Below are positions 48,276 through 59,099 of a stretch of DNA of 64,000 nucleotides, piece by piece; position 1 is the stretch's first letter, and each line of letters opens with the position of its first letter. A program made the position numbers and the translations under genes. The stretch lies in assembly GCA_009835325.1 (NCBI GenBank), contig VXWP01000083.1, positions 46,735-110,734 of the forward strand, written 5' to 3'. The notes below the pieces were generated by a model. It searched no databases. It was not told where the DNA came from and saw nothing but the letters and a program-made list of their open reading frames with translations. This DNA is from Gemmatimonadota bacterium. Its GTDB lineage: Bacteria; JAAXHH01.

Positions 48276-49709
48276 ATGGAAGCCATCGAAACTCTAGCCC
48301 AGCAGGAATACAAAGAAGGCTGGGTGACCGACATCGAGATGGAAACGGCGCCGCCGGGGCTCAACGAGGATATCATCCGGTTCATATCCGCAAAGAAGAA
48401 AGAGCCCGAGTTTCTGCTGGAATGGCGCCTGAAGGCCTACCGGCACTGGCTCACGATGAAGGAGCCCAGCTGGCAGTACATGGCCTATCCGCCGGTCGAC
48501 TACCAGGATATCGTCTACTACGCCGCGCCGAAGAACACGCCGCAGTACAACAGTCTCGACGAGGTGGATCCCGAACTGCTGGCGACCTACGACAAGCTCG
48601 GCATCCCGCTGGAAGAGCAGAAGGTGCTGGCGGGCGTAGCCGTGGACGCGGTCTTCGACAGCGTGTCGGTCCACACGACCTTCAAGGACAAGCTGGCCGA
48701 GCTGGGCATCATCTTCTGTTCCTTTTCCGAGGCGGCGCAGGAACACCCCGACCTGGTGGAGAAGTACCTGGGCACCGTGGTGCCGTACCGCGACAACTAT
48801 TTCGCGACGATGAACTCGGCCGTCTTCAGCGACGGCTCCTTCTGCTACATCCCGCCCGGCGTCCGGTGTCCCATGGAACTCTCCACCTACTTCCGCATCA
48901 ATACGGCCGGGACCGGCCAGTTCGAGCGCACCCTGATCGTCGCCGACGAGGGTTCCTACGTGAGCTACCTGGAAGGCTGCACCGCGCCCATGCGAGACGA
49001 AAACCAGCTGCACGCGGCGGTCGTGGAGCTGGTGGCCCTTAAAGACGCGCAGATCAAGTATTCCACGGTCCAGAACTGGTATCCGGGCGACGAACAGGGA
49101 AAGGGCGGCGTCTACAACTTCGTGACCAAGCGCGGGGCCTGCAAGGGGGATAACAGCAAGATCTCCTGGACCCAGGTGGAAACGGGATCGGCCATCACAT
49201 GGAAGTATCCCAGCGTGATCCTGCAGGGCGACCATTCCATCGGAGAGTTCTATTCCGTGGCGCTGACCCGAAACAAGCAGGTGGCCGACACGGGTACCAA
49301 GATGATCCACGTGGGCAAGAACTCGCGCAGCACCGTGGTCTCCAAGGGGATATCCGCGGGCAACGGCCAGAATGTCTACCGGGGACGGATCCAGGTCCTG
49401 AAGAAGGCGGACGGGGCGCGGAACTACACGCAGTGCGATTCGATGCTGATCGGCGACCGCTGCGGCGCCCATACCTTTCCCTATATCGACGTGGGTAATA
49501 ACTCGGCGAACGTGGAACACGAAGCGTCGACGGCCCGGATCAGCGAGGACCAGCTTTTCTATTGCAAGACCCGGGGCATTTCCACCGAAGACGCCATTTC
49601 CATGATCATCAACGGGTTCTGCAAGGAGGTCTTCCAGGAACTGCCAATGGAATTCGCCGTGGAGGCGAAGAAGCTGCTGGGGATCAGCTTGGAAGGCAGC
49701 GTGGGTTGA
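48276..49709 (+). CDS. sufB: Fe-S cluster assembly protein SufB
   Basis: 477 aa with high-identity SufB motifs ([17 protein letters not shown]...). Confidence 0.9.
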   Translation: MEAIETLAQQEYKEGWVTDIEMETAPPGLNEDIIRFISAKKKEPEFLLEWRLKAYRHWLTMKEPSWQYMAYPPVDYQDIVYYAAPKNTPQYNSLDEVDPELLATYDKLGIPLEEQKVLAGVAVDAVFDSVSVHTTFKDKLAELGIIFCSFSEAAQEHPDLVEKYLGTVVPYRDNYFATMNSAVFSDGSFCYIPPGVRCPMELSTYFRINTAGTGQFERTLIVADEGSYVSYLEGCTAPMRDENQLHAAVVELVALKDAQIKYSTVQNWYPGDEQGKGGVYNFVTKRGACKGDNSKISWTQVETGSAITWKYPSVILQGDHSIGEFYSVALTRNKQVADTGTKMIHVGKNSRSTVVSKGISAGNGQNVYRGRIQVLKKADGARNYTQCDSMLIGDRCGAHTFPYIDVGNNSANVEHEASTARISEDQLFYCKTRGISTEDAISMIINGFCKEVFQELPMEFAVEAKKLLGISLEGSVG

Positions 49710-49788
49710 CGAGGACAGGCGGCCGGGTCCAGGACGGCCAGGCCCAAGATCGCAGATAACAAGATAACAACAGGAGAAAGCAAGCGAG

Positions 49789-50553
49789 ATGGCATTACTC
49801 GAAATCAAGAACTTACGTGGCGGGATCAAGGACCAGGACATCATCAACGGGATCGACCTGACCGTAGACCGGGGCGAGGTCCATGCGATCATGGGGCCCA
49901 ACGGTTCCGGGAAGAGCACGCTGGGCAAGATCCTGGCCGGCCACGAGGAATACGAAGAAACCGGAGGCACGGTACGGTTCCAGGACAAGGATCTATTCGA
50001 GCTCACCCCCGAGGAGCGGGCCAACGAGGGCATGTTCCTGGCCTTTCAGTACCCGGTGGAAATACCAGGCGTCAGCAACGCCTACTTCCTCCGGGCGGCG
50101 ATGAACGAACGCCTGAAGTACCGCGGCGAACCGGAGATAAGCGCCGGCGCGTTCCGGCGGTTGCTGGACAAGAAGATGAAACAGGTCGACATGGACCCCG
50201 AACTGGCCCGGCGCCCCGTGAACGAGGACTTCTCCGGCGGTGAGAAGAAACGCAACGAGATCTTCCACATGGCCGTGCTCGAACCGACCCTTTCCATTCT
50301 GGACGAGACGGATTCCGGACTGGACATCGATGCCATGCGCATCGTGGCCCACGGGATCAACCAGCAGCGCACCGCGGACAACGCGATGATCGTCATCACC
50401 CACTACCAGAGGCTGCTGGACTACGTCGTGCCGGACTACGTCCATGTCATGTACCAGGGCCGGATCGTGAAATCGGGCAGGAAAGAACTGGCCTTCGAAC
50501 TGGAAGAAAAAGGCTACGAGTGGATACGGGAAGAAGTGGAAGCCGCGGGTTGA
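49789..50553 (+). CDS. sufC: Fe-S cluster assembly ATPase SufC
   Basis: Walker A GPNGSGKST, SufC-specific body. Length 254 aa. Confidence 0.9.
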   Translation: MALLEIKNLRGGIKDQDIINGIDLTVDRGEVHAIMGPNGSGKSTLGKILAGHEEYEETGGTVRFQDKDLFELTPEERANEGMFLAFQYPVEIPGVSNAYFLRAAMNERLKYRGEPEISAGAFRRLLDKKMKQVDMDPELARRPVNEDFSGGEKKRNEIFHMAVLEPTLSILDETDSGLDIDAMRIVAHGINQQRTADNAMIVITHYQRLLDYVVPDYVHVMYQGRIVKSGRKELAFELEEKGYEWIREEVEAAG

Positions 50554-50581
50554 ATCCATCCAGGGAGCATGGAACCACGAA

Positions 50582-51979
50582 ATGACGGAATCACTGAAGC
50601 AGGCGACGACCAGTAGATACACCACGTTTTACGACGCTTACGACCGCATCCGGTCCCTGGATGCGCCGCTCTGGCTGCACCGGATCCGTTCGGACGCCAT
50701 GAAGCGCTTCCGGGAACTCGGCATGCCGGTCGCCCGCGAGCTTACCTTTCCGCTCAAGGAAGACTGGATATACACCGATCTTCGGCAGATTGCGGACACG
50801 TCCTACCAGGACGGACCAGGCGGACCAAGCGGTCCAGGCAGGCCAGCGGAAGCGAAGCTGGACGAGGAAGCACTCGCGCCTTACGAGTTCGGCCAGAACG
50901 GCTGGCACCGGCTCGTTTTCGTAAACGGCGTGCATGCACCTTCGTTGTCGCACGGGCCGGACTTGCCCCGGGGCGTCGTGGTAAGCAGCCTGGCCGATGC
51001 CCTCGTGGAGCATCCGGATCTCGTCCATCCGCACCTCGCACGCTATGCCGATTACGAAGGCGCCGGGCAGACGGCACTGAACACGGCCCTGATCGAAAAC
51101 GGCCTGTTCGTCCACGTACCGCGCGGGGGAGCATTGGAAATCCCGGTGCACGTGCACTACGTAACGACGGGGCACGACGCGCCCCTGGCCACGCAACCGC
51201 GAACGCTCATTGCGGCGGGCGACGGGGCAAGCCTCAAGGTGGTCGAGAGTTATTCCGGCATGACGGATCAGGCCTACCTCACCAACGCCGTAACGGAGAT
51301 CTCCGTGGGGCGGGACGGCAACGTGGACCATTACCGGATCAACCGGGAAGGCGAAGAAGCCGCCCATCTGTCCACCACCCAACTCCACCTGGAGGGGAAC
51401 GGACGGATCTCCACCTTCAACATGAGCATGGGCGGCGCGTTGACCCGGAACGATACGAACGCCCGGCTCGCGGGCGAGCACGCGGTGGTGCGCATGAACG
51501 GACTGTTCCTGGTCGCGGGCGGCCAGCATGTGGACAACCACACCGCCATCGATCACGCCGTGCCGAACTGCGACAGCTACGAGGTGTACAAGGGCATCCT
51601 CGAAGGCCGGTCCCGCGGCGTGTTCAACGGCAAGGTGTTCGTGCACCAGGACGCCCAGGAAACAGACGCCAAGCAGCTGAACAAGAACCTGATGCTCTCG
51701 TCAGACGCGATGATACACACCAAGCCGCAGCTCGAGATCTACGCGGACCAGGTGAAATGTACCCACGGCGCCACCGTGGGCCAGCTCGACGAAGACCAGA
51801 TTTTCTATTTACGGACCCGTGGCCTGTCCCACGACAGCGCATGTCACCTCCTCACCTACGGGTTCGCGGCCGACTTGATCCGGCGTCTCGGGATCGACGC
51901 CGTCCGTTCCTCGCTGGATACGCTCTTCGAAACCACCATCCGGGATCTTTCGACGGCCCGGAGCCGGACGGAAAGATAG
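50582..51979 (+). CDS. sufD: Fe-S cluster assembly protein SufD
   Basis: SufB/SufD family C-terminal beta-helix. Position after sufC. Confidence 0.8.
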   Translation: MTESLKQATTSRYTTFYDAYDRIRSLDAPLWLHRIRSDAMKRFRELGMPVARELTFPLKEDWIYTDLRQIADTSYQDGPGGPSGPGRPAEAKLDEEALAPYEFGQNGWHRLVFVNGVHAPSLSHGPDLPRGVVVSSLADALVEHPDLVHPHLARYADYEGAGQTALNTALIENGLFVHVPRGGALEIPVHVHYVTTGHDAPLATQPRTLIAAGDGASLKVVESYSGMTDQAYLTNAVTEISVGRDGNVDHYRINREGEEAAHLSTTQLHLEGNGRISTFNMSMGGALTRNDTNARLAGEHAVVRMNGLFLVAGGQHVDNHTAIDHAVPNCDSYEVYKGILEGRSRGVFNGKVFVHQDAQETDAKQLNKNLMLSSDAMIHTKPQLEIYADQVKCTHGATVGQLDEDQIFYLRTRGLSHDSACHLLTYGFAADLIRRLGIDAVRSSLDTLFETTIRDLSTARSRTER

Positions 51980-52011
51980 CGGATACACTACACGCGCACA
52001 GGGGCTGACGA

Positions 52012-52326
52012 ATGGATACGGATGCCGTTAAAGAACGGATTGTGGACGTATTAAAGACGTGCTACGACCCCGAGATCCCGGTCAACATCTACGAAATGGG
52101 ACTCATCTACGAAATCGACGTGCAGCAGGACGGCATGACCAACATCAAGATGACGCTCACTTCGCCGAACTGCCCGGCGGCCCAGTCGCTGCCCGCCGAG
52201 GTGGAAACCAAGGTCAAGGACCTGGACGAGGTGTCGGACGCCCTGATCGAAATCGTCTGGGAGCCGCCCTGGCATATCGACATGATGACCGAAGACGCCA
52301 AGCTCGAACTCGGCATAGACTACTGA
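52012..52326 (+). CDS. sufT: DUF59/MIP18-family Fe-S assembly protein (SufT-like)
   Basis: 104 aa. VLKTCYDPEIPVNIYEMGLIY with the conserved Cys (SPNCPAA). Confidence 0.75.
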   Translation: MDTDAVKERIVDVLKTCYDPEIPVNIYEMGLIYEIDVQQDGMTNIKMTLTSPNCPAAQSLPAEVETKVKDLDEVSDALIEIVWEPPWHIDMMTEDAKLELGIDY

Positions 52327-52346
52327 TCGCATATGGTTAGGAGATC

Positions 52347-53627
52347 ATGGAAGAAGCCCTGTTAGAAACGCCACGCAAGCTGGATGACGCGGTGCGCCGG
52401 TCTGACGAACACGCCCTGCGTTACCGCGGGGATTTCCCCATCCTGGACCGGAAGGTGCACGGCAAGCCGCTGGTCTACCTGGACAACAGCGCCACTTCGC
52501 AGAAACCCCGCGCCGTGCTCGATGCCCTGGACGACTACTACACGCGGCTGAACGCCAACGTGCACCGCGGACTCCACACGCTCAGCGAGGAGGCGACCAA
52601 CGCCTACGAGGCCGCCCGCGAACGGGTAGCGCGCTTCATCAACGTACCGGCCCGCAGCCTGGTTTTCGTGCGGAACACGACCGAGGGCATCAACCTCGTA
52701 GCGAGCGCATGGGGCCGGAAGAACGTCGGGGCGGGCGACGAAATTCTGCTTTCGGTCATGGAGCACCACAGCAACATCGTGCCCTGGCAGATGCTGGCGC
52801 GGGAGACCGGCGCCGTGCTCCGGTATTTCGACATCCATGAAGACGGGTCGCTCGACATGGACCAGGCGGACGACCTGATCACGGAGCGGACGCGCATCGT
52901 GTCCATCGCACACATGTCGAATGTGCTGGGTACCGTCAATCCCGTCGAGGCCATCGTGGAGCGGGCCCACGCCGCCGGCGCGCTGGTCTTCGTGGACGCC
53001 GCGCAGAGCGTGCCGCACATGCCCGTGGACGTGGCAGGTCTGGACTGCGATTTCTTCGCGTTCTCGGGCCACAAGATGTGCGGCCCGACCGGCATCGGCG
53101 GACTATACGGAAGGCAGGAACTGCTCGAAACGATGGATCCCTACATGGGCGGGGGTTCGATGATCGATGAAGTCCGGCTCGATGGATTCACCAGCGCGGA
53201 CGTCCCGGAGAAGTTCGAGGCGGGCACCCCCAATATCGCCCATGCCATCGTCTTCGGTGACGTGGTGGACTATCTCTCTGCCGTCGGGATGGAGCATATA
53301 CACACCCACGAAAGGGCGCTGACGGACTACACGATCGAGCGGCTCGAGGAAATCGACGGCCTGACGGTCTACGGTCACGCGCCGGCCCGGGGAGGGGCGA
53401 TCTCCTTCAACCTGGACGACATGCACCCCAGCGACCTGTCGACGGTGCTGGACCGCCAGGGTATCGCCATCCGCGCCGGGCACCACTGCGCGCAACCCCT
53501 CATGCGCCGGCTCGGGACGCCCTACGGCGCCACGGCGCGGGCAAGCCTCTATTTCTACAACACCTCCGAAGAGATCGATACCATGATCGGCGCCATCCAC
53601 CGGGCACGGAACCTATTCGGCGCGTAA
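52347..53627 (+). CDS. sufS: Cysteine desulfurase SufS
   Basis: Class V aminotransferase. PLP-lysine region SGHKMCGPTGIG. Catalytic Cys loop RAGHHCAQP. Confidence 0.9.
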   Translation: MEEALLETPRKLDDAVRRSDEHALRYRGDFPILDRKVHGKPLVYLDNSATSQKPRAVLDALDDYYTRLNANVHRGLHTLSEEATNAYEAARERVARFINVPARSLVFVRNTTEGINLVASAWGRKNVGAGDEILLSVMEHHSNIVPWQMLARETGAVLRYFDIHEDGSLDMDQADDLITERTRIVSIAHMSNVLGTVNPVEAIVERAHAAGALVFVDAAQSVPHMPVDVAGLDCDFFAFSGHKMCGPTGIGGLYGRQELLETMDPYMGGGSMIDEVRLDGFTSADVPEKFEAGTPNIAHAIVFGDVVDYLSAVGMEHIHTHERALTDYTIERLEEIDGLTVYGHAPARGGAISFNLDDMHPSDLSTVLDRQGIAIRAGHHCAQPLMRRLGTPYGATARASLYFYNTSEEIDTMIGAIHRARNLFGA

Positions 53628-53660
53628 TCGCTCTGCCTCATAGAACCGATGTCGGATCCG

Positions 53661-54638
53661 TCAACGCGATACCATGACGCCCTTTACGGTCGACGCGGGC
53701 ATATCGCCCATCATGCGCGCAGGACGCATGCCCCTGGCCGTTTCCCTGGGATTGAGCGCGTCGCATGACGTGCCGAACTTCGGCAAGGCGAAGGGCAGGT
53801 GGGAGTTGCCACGGGCGAGGATGTGGAGGTGATTCGCGGTCGGTCCCTCGAAGTCGGCGCCATGGTTCCACGGCACCCAGGACCTCGCGTTACAGTAATG
53901 GCCCACGAATGCCCGGCGGAACCGCGTCCCGGTCCGGTTCTCGTGCGAGCGGTGCAGGAGATGGCCGTGAATGAACAGGACATCGCCGGGCGCCATCAGG
54001 GCGGCCACTTCGCGGTCGGCGTATTTCCCGGCGACAGGGGCCAGTCCGTTCACGGACTCGTCCGTCGCGCTGGCGCCCTCGATTACACCGAGATCCCCTA
54101 TGGCGCCGTCGGTGTGGTTCTGGCCGAGCTTGTTTTCGTCCGGATAAATCGGTTCATGATGCGATCTCGGGATGACCGTCACGCAGCCGTTTTCTTCATC
54201 CGCGGGATCTACGGCCAGCCAGGAACCGATCAGCGTGTCGGGATAGGTGGGTATATAGTACGAGTCCTGGTGAAAACCCTGGCCTTCGCGGCCGGGCGGC
54301 TTCAGGAACAACATGGTCTGGAGCGCCAGCACATCCGGACCGATCAGGGCTTCGAGCACGTCCAGAATACGGGGCTGGAGCAGAAATCGCTCATGCAGCG
54401 CGTGCTTCCGGTGTAGCATGTGTATGCGCAGCCAGTGCTGTCCCATCTGTTCGGACGTCAACCCGGGCGGCGGCGGATCGACCCCTTCGATGGTAATCCT
54501 TCCCTGCATCAGTGCTTCGGTATGGCGGCGTATGTTTTCCACCTCCACTCCGGGCACGAGTCCGCGGACGACGAGGTAGCCATCGCGGTGATAGTCTATA
54601 TAGTCCTGGACGCCGATCCGGTATCGGTCCGTCGTCAT
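53661..54638 (-). CDS. Phytanoyl-CoA dioxygenase (PhyH) family oxygenase, paralog 3
   Basis: GFHQDSYYIP ... PGDVLFIHGHLLHRSHEN are typical PhyH 2-His-1-carboxylate regions. Confidence 0.6.
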   Translation of the reverse strand: MTTDRYRIGVQDYIDYHRDGYLVVRGLVPGVEVENIRRHTEALMQGRITIEGVDPPPPGLTSEQMGQHWLRIHMLHRKHALHERFLLQPRILDVLEALIGPDVLALQTMLFLKPPGREGQGFHQDSYYIPTYPDTLIGSWLAVDPADEENGCVTVIPRSHHEPIYPDENKLGQNHTDGAIGDLGVIEGASATDESVNGLAPVAGKYADREVAALMAPGDVLFIHGHLLHRSHENRTGTRFRRAFVGHYCNARSWVPWNHGADFEGPTANHLHILARGNSHLPFALPKFGTSCDALNPRETARGMRPARMMGDMPASTVKGVMVSR

Positions 54639-54885
54639 GGTGCGCTCCTCCGGGTTGAACGATGATGGATGTATCGATTTGGGCCGGGCGCTGTACCGTT
54701 ACCGGTCAGGCGCCGTAATGTCGAATAAAACCCTTGAGTTGTGAAAAGGGGTTGAAATTTCTTGCTCGTAAGTTAATTTACGTTATTCGTGCGGAATTCT
54801 GCACTGAAATGTTTATTGTTGTTGATTTGTATAGGCTTGGACTATATATGAGTTATGCGATCCAGTCCCCGGGTTCTACAGCGAT

Positions 54886-55677
54886 ATGAATCCAAATCAC
54901 ATTGGCGCCGAAGAGGTTGAGTTCTTTCAGGAGAATGGCTATCTCCAGATTCCGGGGTTTTTCTCGAAGCGGGAAATCGCGGAATTGGCCGACGCGCTGG
55001 ACAAGACGATCGAGGAAAAGAGAGCACGGATACTGGGTGGTGGAGGCGAGACGGACGACGATTATAACCGCGTTTTCAACCAGATGGTCAACCTGTGGGT
55101 AGACTACGAGGTCATCCGGAAGTACTCATTTGACGCGCGGCTGGCGGAAATCGCCCGGAAGATATCGAAGTGCAAACGCCTGGTCATCTACCATGACCAT
55201 GGACTGATCAAGCCCGGCGGTGAACGGAGCAAGGCAACCAACTGGCACCAGGACGCGCCGTACTGGCCCATGGAACAGGTCGGCGCGCTATCGGCATGGA
55301 TCGCCGTGGACGATGTAGCGGTGGACAACGGTTGCATGCAGTTCATACCCGGATCGCACAAGTACGGCCGGCTGGAGCCGGTGCCGCTGAGCACGGAAGG
55401 CGCCAGCGTACTGAAAGACATCGAGAGTACGGACGTCGAAGTCGATGTCGAACCCGTCGTGATGGACATGGAAGCGGGCGGCGTGACTTTTCATCATGGA
55501 TGCACGTTCCATTACGCTACACCGAATCGCACCGCATCACCCCGGAGAGCGCTGGCGATCATATACATACCGGAGTACGTGAACTACAACGGCCGATGGG
55601 ACGCGGGCGGCGACCAGACCATGAAACCGGGCGAACCGTTCGGAGGACCGCTGCATCCCATCCTGGCATCGGGTTAA
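54886..55677 (+). CDS. Phytanoyl-CoA dioxygenase (PhyH) family oxygenase, paralog 4
   Basis: NWHQDAPYWP ... GGVTFHHGCTFHYATPN. Divergent from paralog 3 across an AT-rich 247-bp region. Confidence 0.6.
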   Translation: MNPNHIGAEEVEFFQENGYLQIPGFFSKREIAELADALDKTIEEKRARILGGGGETDDDYNRVFNQMVNLWVDYEVIRKYSFDARLAEIARKISKCKRLVIYHDHGLIKPGGERSKATNWHQDAPYWPMEQVGALSAWIAVDDVAVDNGCMQFIPGSHKYGRLEPVPLSTEGASVLKDIESTDVEVDVEPVVMDMEAGGVTFHHGCTFHYATPNRTASPRRALAIIYIPEYVNYNGRWDAGGDQTMKPGEPFGGPLHPILASG

Positions 55678-55813
55678 GCGGATGCGTGACCGGTCCGGGC
55701 CGGGCCGGACCAGGCCGGACCAGATGCACAGAAACCAGGAAAACCTATGGAGTACAGATTGCTGATTTTGCCGAACAAGGCAGTATTTTAAACCTGTAAA
55801 GGGGGTTGGTTTC

Positions 55814-56152
55814 ATGGAGATCAGTGTCGACCGAGCAAACGAAGTACTTATTGCGAAGGTTGAAGGTCGAATCGACGGCGCCAACGCGCGGGAATTCGAA
55901 GACGCGCTCAACGGCGCCATCGGTGAAGACGACAGCAAGGTGCTGCTGGATTTCAGTACCTTGTCCTACATAAGCAGTGCGGGCCTGAGGGTCATCCTGC
56001 TGATCGCGCGACTGCTCCAGAAGCGGAATGCCGCGTTCGCATTGTGCTCGCTTTCGGATCCGATCCGGGAAGTCTTCGAAATCAGCGGTTTCGACAAGAT
56101 CATATCCATTCACGATTCCCAGGCCGAAGCGGTGGATAAGATCGGCCGGTAG
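55814..56152 (+). CDS. STAS-domain anti-sigma-factor antagonist (RsbV/SpoIIAA-like)
   Basis: 112 aa with the conserved phosphorylatable Ser region (LSYISSAGLRVIL). Confidence 0.8.
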   Translation: MEISVDRANEVLIAKVEGRIDGANAREFEDALNGAIGEDDSKVLLDFSTLSYISSAGLRVILLIARLLQKRNAAFALCSLSDPIREVFEISGFDKIISIHDSQAEAVDKIGR

Positions 56153-56245
56153 GCGCCTCTTCCCGTTTGTGCTTCGTGACGCGGCGTACAGGCGTCCTGT
56201 TGAACCGTGAAACGGGAAACGGCCGCGGCGGTTTCCGGGGGTGAA

Positions 56246-57409
56246 ATGACGCAGACTCCGTACAAAATCCTTGTAGTGGACGACGAGCCGGATCTGGAAC
56301 ACCTGATGCGGCAACGCATGCGCCGTGACGTGCGTTCCGGCCTGTATACGCTGTATTTCGCCCAGAATGGCGTAGAAGCCCTGGAACGCCTGAACGAAGT
56401 ACCCGATATAGACATGGTCCTCTCCGATATCAACATGCCCCGGATGGACGGTCTAACTCTGCTGGCGCAGATACCGAACATTGCCCCCGACATCCGCGCC
56501 GTGGTCGTATCCGCCTACGGGGACATGAAGAACATCCGCACGGCTATGAACCGGGGCGCCTTCGATTTCATTACCAAGCCGATCGATTTCCAGGACCTGC
56601 GGGTGACAATTGAGCGCACGCTGAAGAACATGGAGGAATGGCGCGAAGCCCTGGAGTCGCGGGACAAGCTTGTACGGCTGCAGAACGAACTGAACGTGGC
56701 CAGCAAGATGCAGCAGTCGATCCTGCCCACCGAGTTCCCCGATTCCGATCATTGCGAGATCTATGCGAACATGGAACCGGCCCGTGAGGTCGGCGGCGAC
56801 TTTTTCGACGTTTTCGGCCTGCCCGGAGGCAAGATTGCCCTGGCCATCGCGGATGTTTCCGACAAAGGCGTTCCCGCCGCCCTGTTCATGATGTCCAGCC
56901 GGACCCTGCTGAAGGGGTCGGCGATCGGAGCCGTTGAACCGGGCGCCGTGCTCAAGGAGGTCAACGACCTGCTTACCGAGGAAAACGAAGCAGCCATGTT
57001 CGTCACCACCTTCTACGCGGTCTACAACCCCCAGACCGGGCAGGTGGACTATTCCAACGGTGGGCACAATCCTCCGCTGGTGGTGCACCCCGACGGCTCG
57101 TCGACGCTTCTCCCCGGAACGGACGGCCTGGCGCTCGGGGTTTTCCCGGGGGTCAATTTCGGCCAGTCCGCCGTTGTGCTCTCGCCGGGCGATCTCCTGT
57201 TGCTTTATACAGACGGCGTAACCGAAGCCATGAACGCCGACGGGGAGGAATTCGGCATGGACCGCCTGCAGGCAGTTTTCGCGGATGCCTCACCCGTCAG
57301 TACGGAAGCCGCCAACAAAGCGGTGTTCAAGGCGGTCCATGAATTCGCCGGAGAAACGCCGCAATCCGATGATATTACCTGTGTAACCGTGCTTCAACGC
57401 CAGGCCTGA
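56246..57409 (+). CDS. Response-regulator receiver fused to PP2C/SpoIIE-type serine phosphatase (RsbY/RsbU-like)
   Basis: REC domain (KILVVDDEPD ... phospho-Asp region DMVLSDINMP), then coiled linker and PP2C/SpoIIE domain (GGDFFDV ... LLLYTDGVTEA). Confidence 0.8.
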   Translation: MTQTPYKILVVDDEPDLEHLMRQRMRRDVRSGLYTLYFAQNGVEALERLNEVPDIDMVLSDINMPRMDGLTLLAQIPNIAPDIRAVVVSAYGDMKNIRTAMNRGAFDFITKPIDFQDLRVTIERTLKNMEEWREALESRDKLVRLQNELNVASKMQQSILPTEFPDSDHCEIYANMEPAREVGGDFFDVFGLPGGKIALAIADVSDKGVPAALFMMSSRTLLKGSAIGAVEPGAVLKEVNDLLTEENEAAMFVTTFYAVYNPQTGQVDYSNGGHNPPLVVHPDGSSTLLPGTDGLALGVFPGVNFGQSAVVLSPGDLLLLYTDGVTEAMNADGEEFGMDRLQAVFADASPVSTEAANKAVFKAVHEFAGETPQSDDITCVTVLQRQA

Positions 57410-57411
57410 TC

Positions 57412-57837
57412 ATGAGCAGAAGACTGTCCCTAAGCCTGCCCACGAAGCTCGACCAGCTGGAGCGCATCTACGAAGCGGTGGATGAACTCGGCGAGTCCGA
57501 AGATTGGCCGCCGGGCATGGTCTACCAGGTCAAGCTGGTCCTCGAGGAACTGGGCGTAAACATCGTTACGCACGGCCACGCCGGCGATTCCGACCACGAA
57601 TTCGAAATCGTGCTGGATTCGGATGCCGACGCGCTGACGATCGAATTGCGGGACGAAGGGCGGCCTTTCAATCCCCTGACCGACTCGCCCGAGCCGGATG
57701 TCGACTCCGGACTGGATGATCGTCCCGTGGGCGGCCTCGGCATCTACCTCGTCCGGACCATGATGGATGAACTGAGCTACCGCCGGGAAGACAACCGGAA
57801 CATTCTCACGATCGTAAAACGGAAGGAAAGCGGATGA
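57412..57837 (+). CDS. RsbW/SpoIIAB-like anti-sigma-factor serine kinase (HATPase_c)
   Basis: 141 aa GHKL ATPase (ELGVNIVTHGH ... GGLGIYLV). Confidence 0.7.
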   Translation: MSRRLSLSLPTKLDQLERIYEAVDELGESEDWPPGMVYQVKLVLEELGVNIVTHGHAGDSDHEFEIVLDSDADALTIELRDEGRPFNPLTDSPEPDVDSGLDDRPVGGLGIYLVRTMMDELSYRREDNRNILTIVKRKESG

Positions 57838-59099
57838 GACGAACGCGCGACCACTGGGCGGTCGTCCTGCTCGCCCTTTGTGCGACGGCGTTCTCTCCCG
57901 CTTTATCCTCTGAAAACAGCGGCGCGAACGCCTCCCAGGTCGAAGATCCCGGTGTGACGGCCGAGACCGGTGAGGCGGCCGAGCCCGGTGTGACGGCCGA
58001 GCCCGGTGTGACGGCCGAACGCATACTATTCGGACAGTCCGCGGCTTTCAGCGGTCCGGCCCGCGAACTCGGGCGGAACATGAACCTCGGGATCGAGGCG
58101 GCCTTTCAGGAAGCGAACCGCCGGGGCGGTGTACACGGAAGACGGCTCGAGCTGATCACGCTCGATGACGCCTATGAGCCGGAAGCCGCGATCGCGAATA
58201 CCCGGAAACTGATCGAGGAGGAAGGGGTTTTCGCGCTGATCGGTGCCGTCGGCACGCCCACCTCCCGTTCGGCCGTTCCCATAACCGCGGAGGCCGGCGT
58301 ACCCTATATCGCGCCATTCACCGGCGCGATTTTTTTACGAGACAACACCGATACGGGCGTTATAAACCTGCGCGCCTCCTATTTCCAGGAGACCGAGGAA
58401 ATCGTCGACCGGCTTTCGCGTGATCTCGGCATCACGCGCATCGGCGTGATGTACCAGAACGATTCCTTTGGCCGAGTCGGATACCGCGGCGTTCGGCGCG
58501 CGCTGGAACGCCGGCAACTCGATCCCGTGGCGATCGGCGTATATCCAAGGAACACCACCGCGATCAAGGCCGGCCTGCTCGATCTGCAGCAGGGAAAACC
58601 GGACGCTGTCGTGGTGATCGGCGCTTACCAGCCGGTTGCCACGCTCATTGCGTGGGCGCGGCACGTGGGTTTCAATCCCGTATTCGCAACGATTTCATTC
58701 GTAGGCAGCAATGCGCTGGCCGGTGAGCTAGGTCCCGACGGCCGCGGTGTCCTGGTCTCTCAGGTGGTGCCCTTTCCCGCGGCCGGAAACATCGCCATCG
58801 CCGTCCAGTACCGCAGAGCGCTCTCCGCGCACGCGCCGGGCACGACCCCCGGTTTCGTTTCCTTCGAAGGATACCTCGCCGGCAAGCTGACCATCACCGC
58901 CCTCGAGGGCTGCGGCCCCGACGTACGGCGTTCCTGCCTCATGGAGAGCCTGAACCGGGCGGGAACGATCGACCTGGGCGGTCTTCGTCTTGAATTCGGC
59001 GAAGGGGACAACCAGGGTTCCGACGCGGTCTTCCTCACGGTGATCGGCCAGGACGGCCGTTACCATCCCATCCGTACCCTCCGGGACGTGATGCCATGA
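57834..59099 (+). CDS. Periplasmic binding protein, type-1 (LivK/branched-chain-amino-acid-binding-like), probable sensor partner of the downstream histidine kinase
   Basis: Signal peptide. PBP1 fold motifs (FGQSAAFSGPARELG ... ALIGAVGTPT). N-terminal 18-bp in-frame tandem (PGVTAE x3). ATGA overlaps with both neighbours. Confidence 0.7.
   Translation: MRRTRDHWAVVLLALCATAFSPALSSENSGANASQVEDPGVTAETGEAAEPGVTAEPGVTAERILFGQSAAFSGPARELGRNMNLGIEAAFQEANRRGGVHGRRLELITLDDAYEPEAAIANTRKLIEEEGVFALIGAVGTPTSRSAVPITAEAGVPYIAPFTGAIFLRDNTDTGVINLRASYFQETEEIVDRLSRDLGITRIGVMYQNDSFGRVGYRGVRRALERRQLDPVAIGVYPRNTTAIKAGLLDLQQGKPDAVVVIGAYQPVATLIAWARHVGFNPVFATISFVGSNALAGELGPDGRGVLVSQVVPFPAAGNIAIAVQYRRALSAHAPGTTPGFVSFEGYLAGKLTITALEGCGPDVRRSCLMESLNRAGTIDLGGLRLEFGEGDNQGSDAVFLTVIGQDGRYHPIRTLRDVMP

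Noticed and set aside
54639-55813. Sigma-54 (-24/-12) promoters near the PhyH pair and the STAS operon
   Set aside because: Searches for TGGCAC-N5-TTGC-like elements found only weak matches inside coding regions (for example about 3040 and 21710) and none in intergenic regions.
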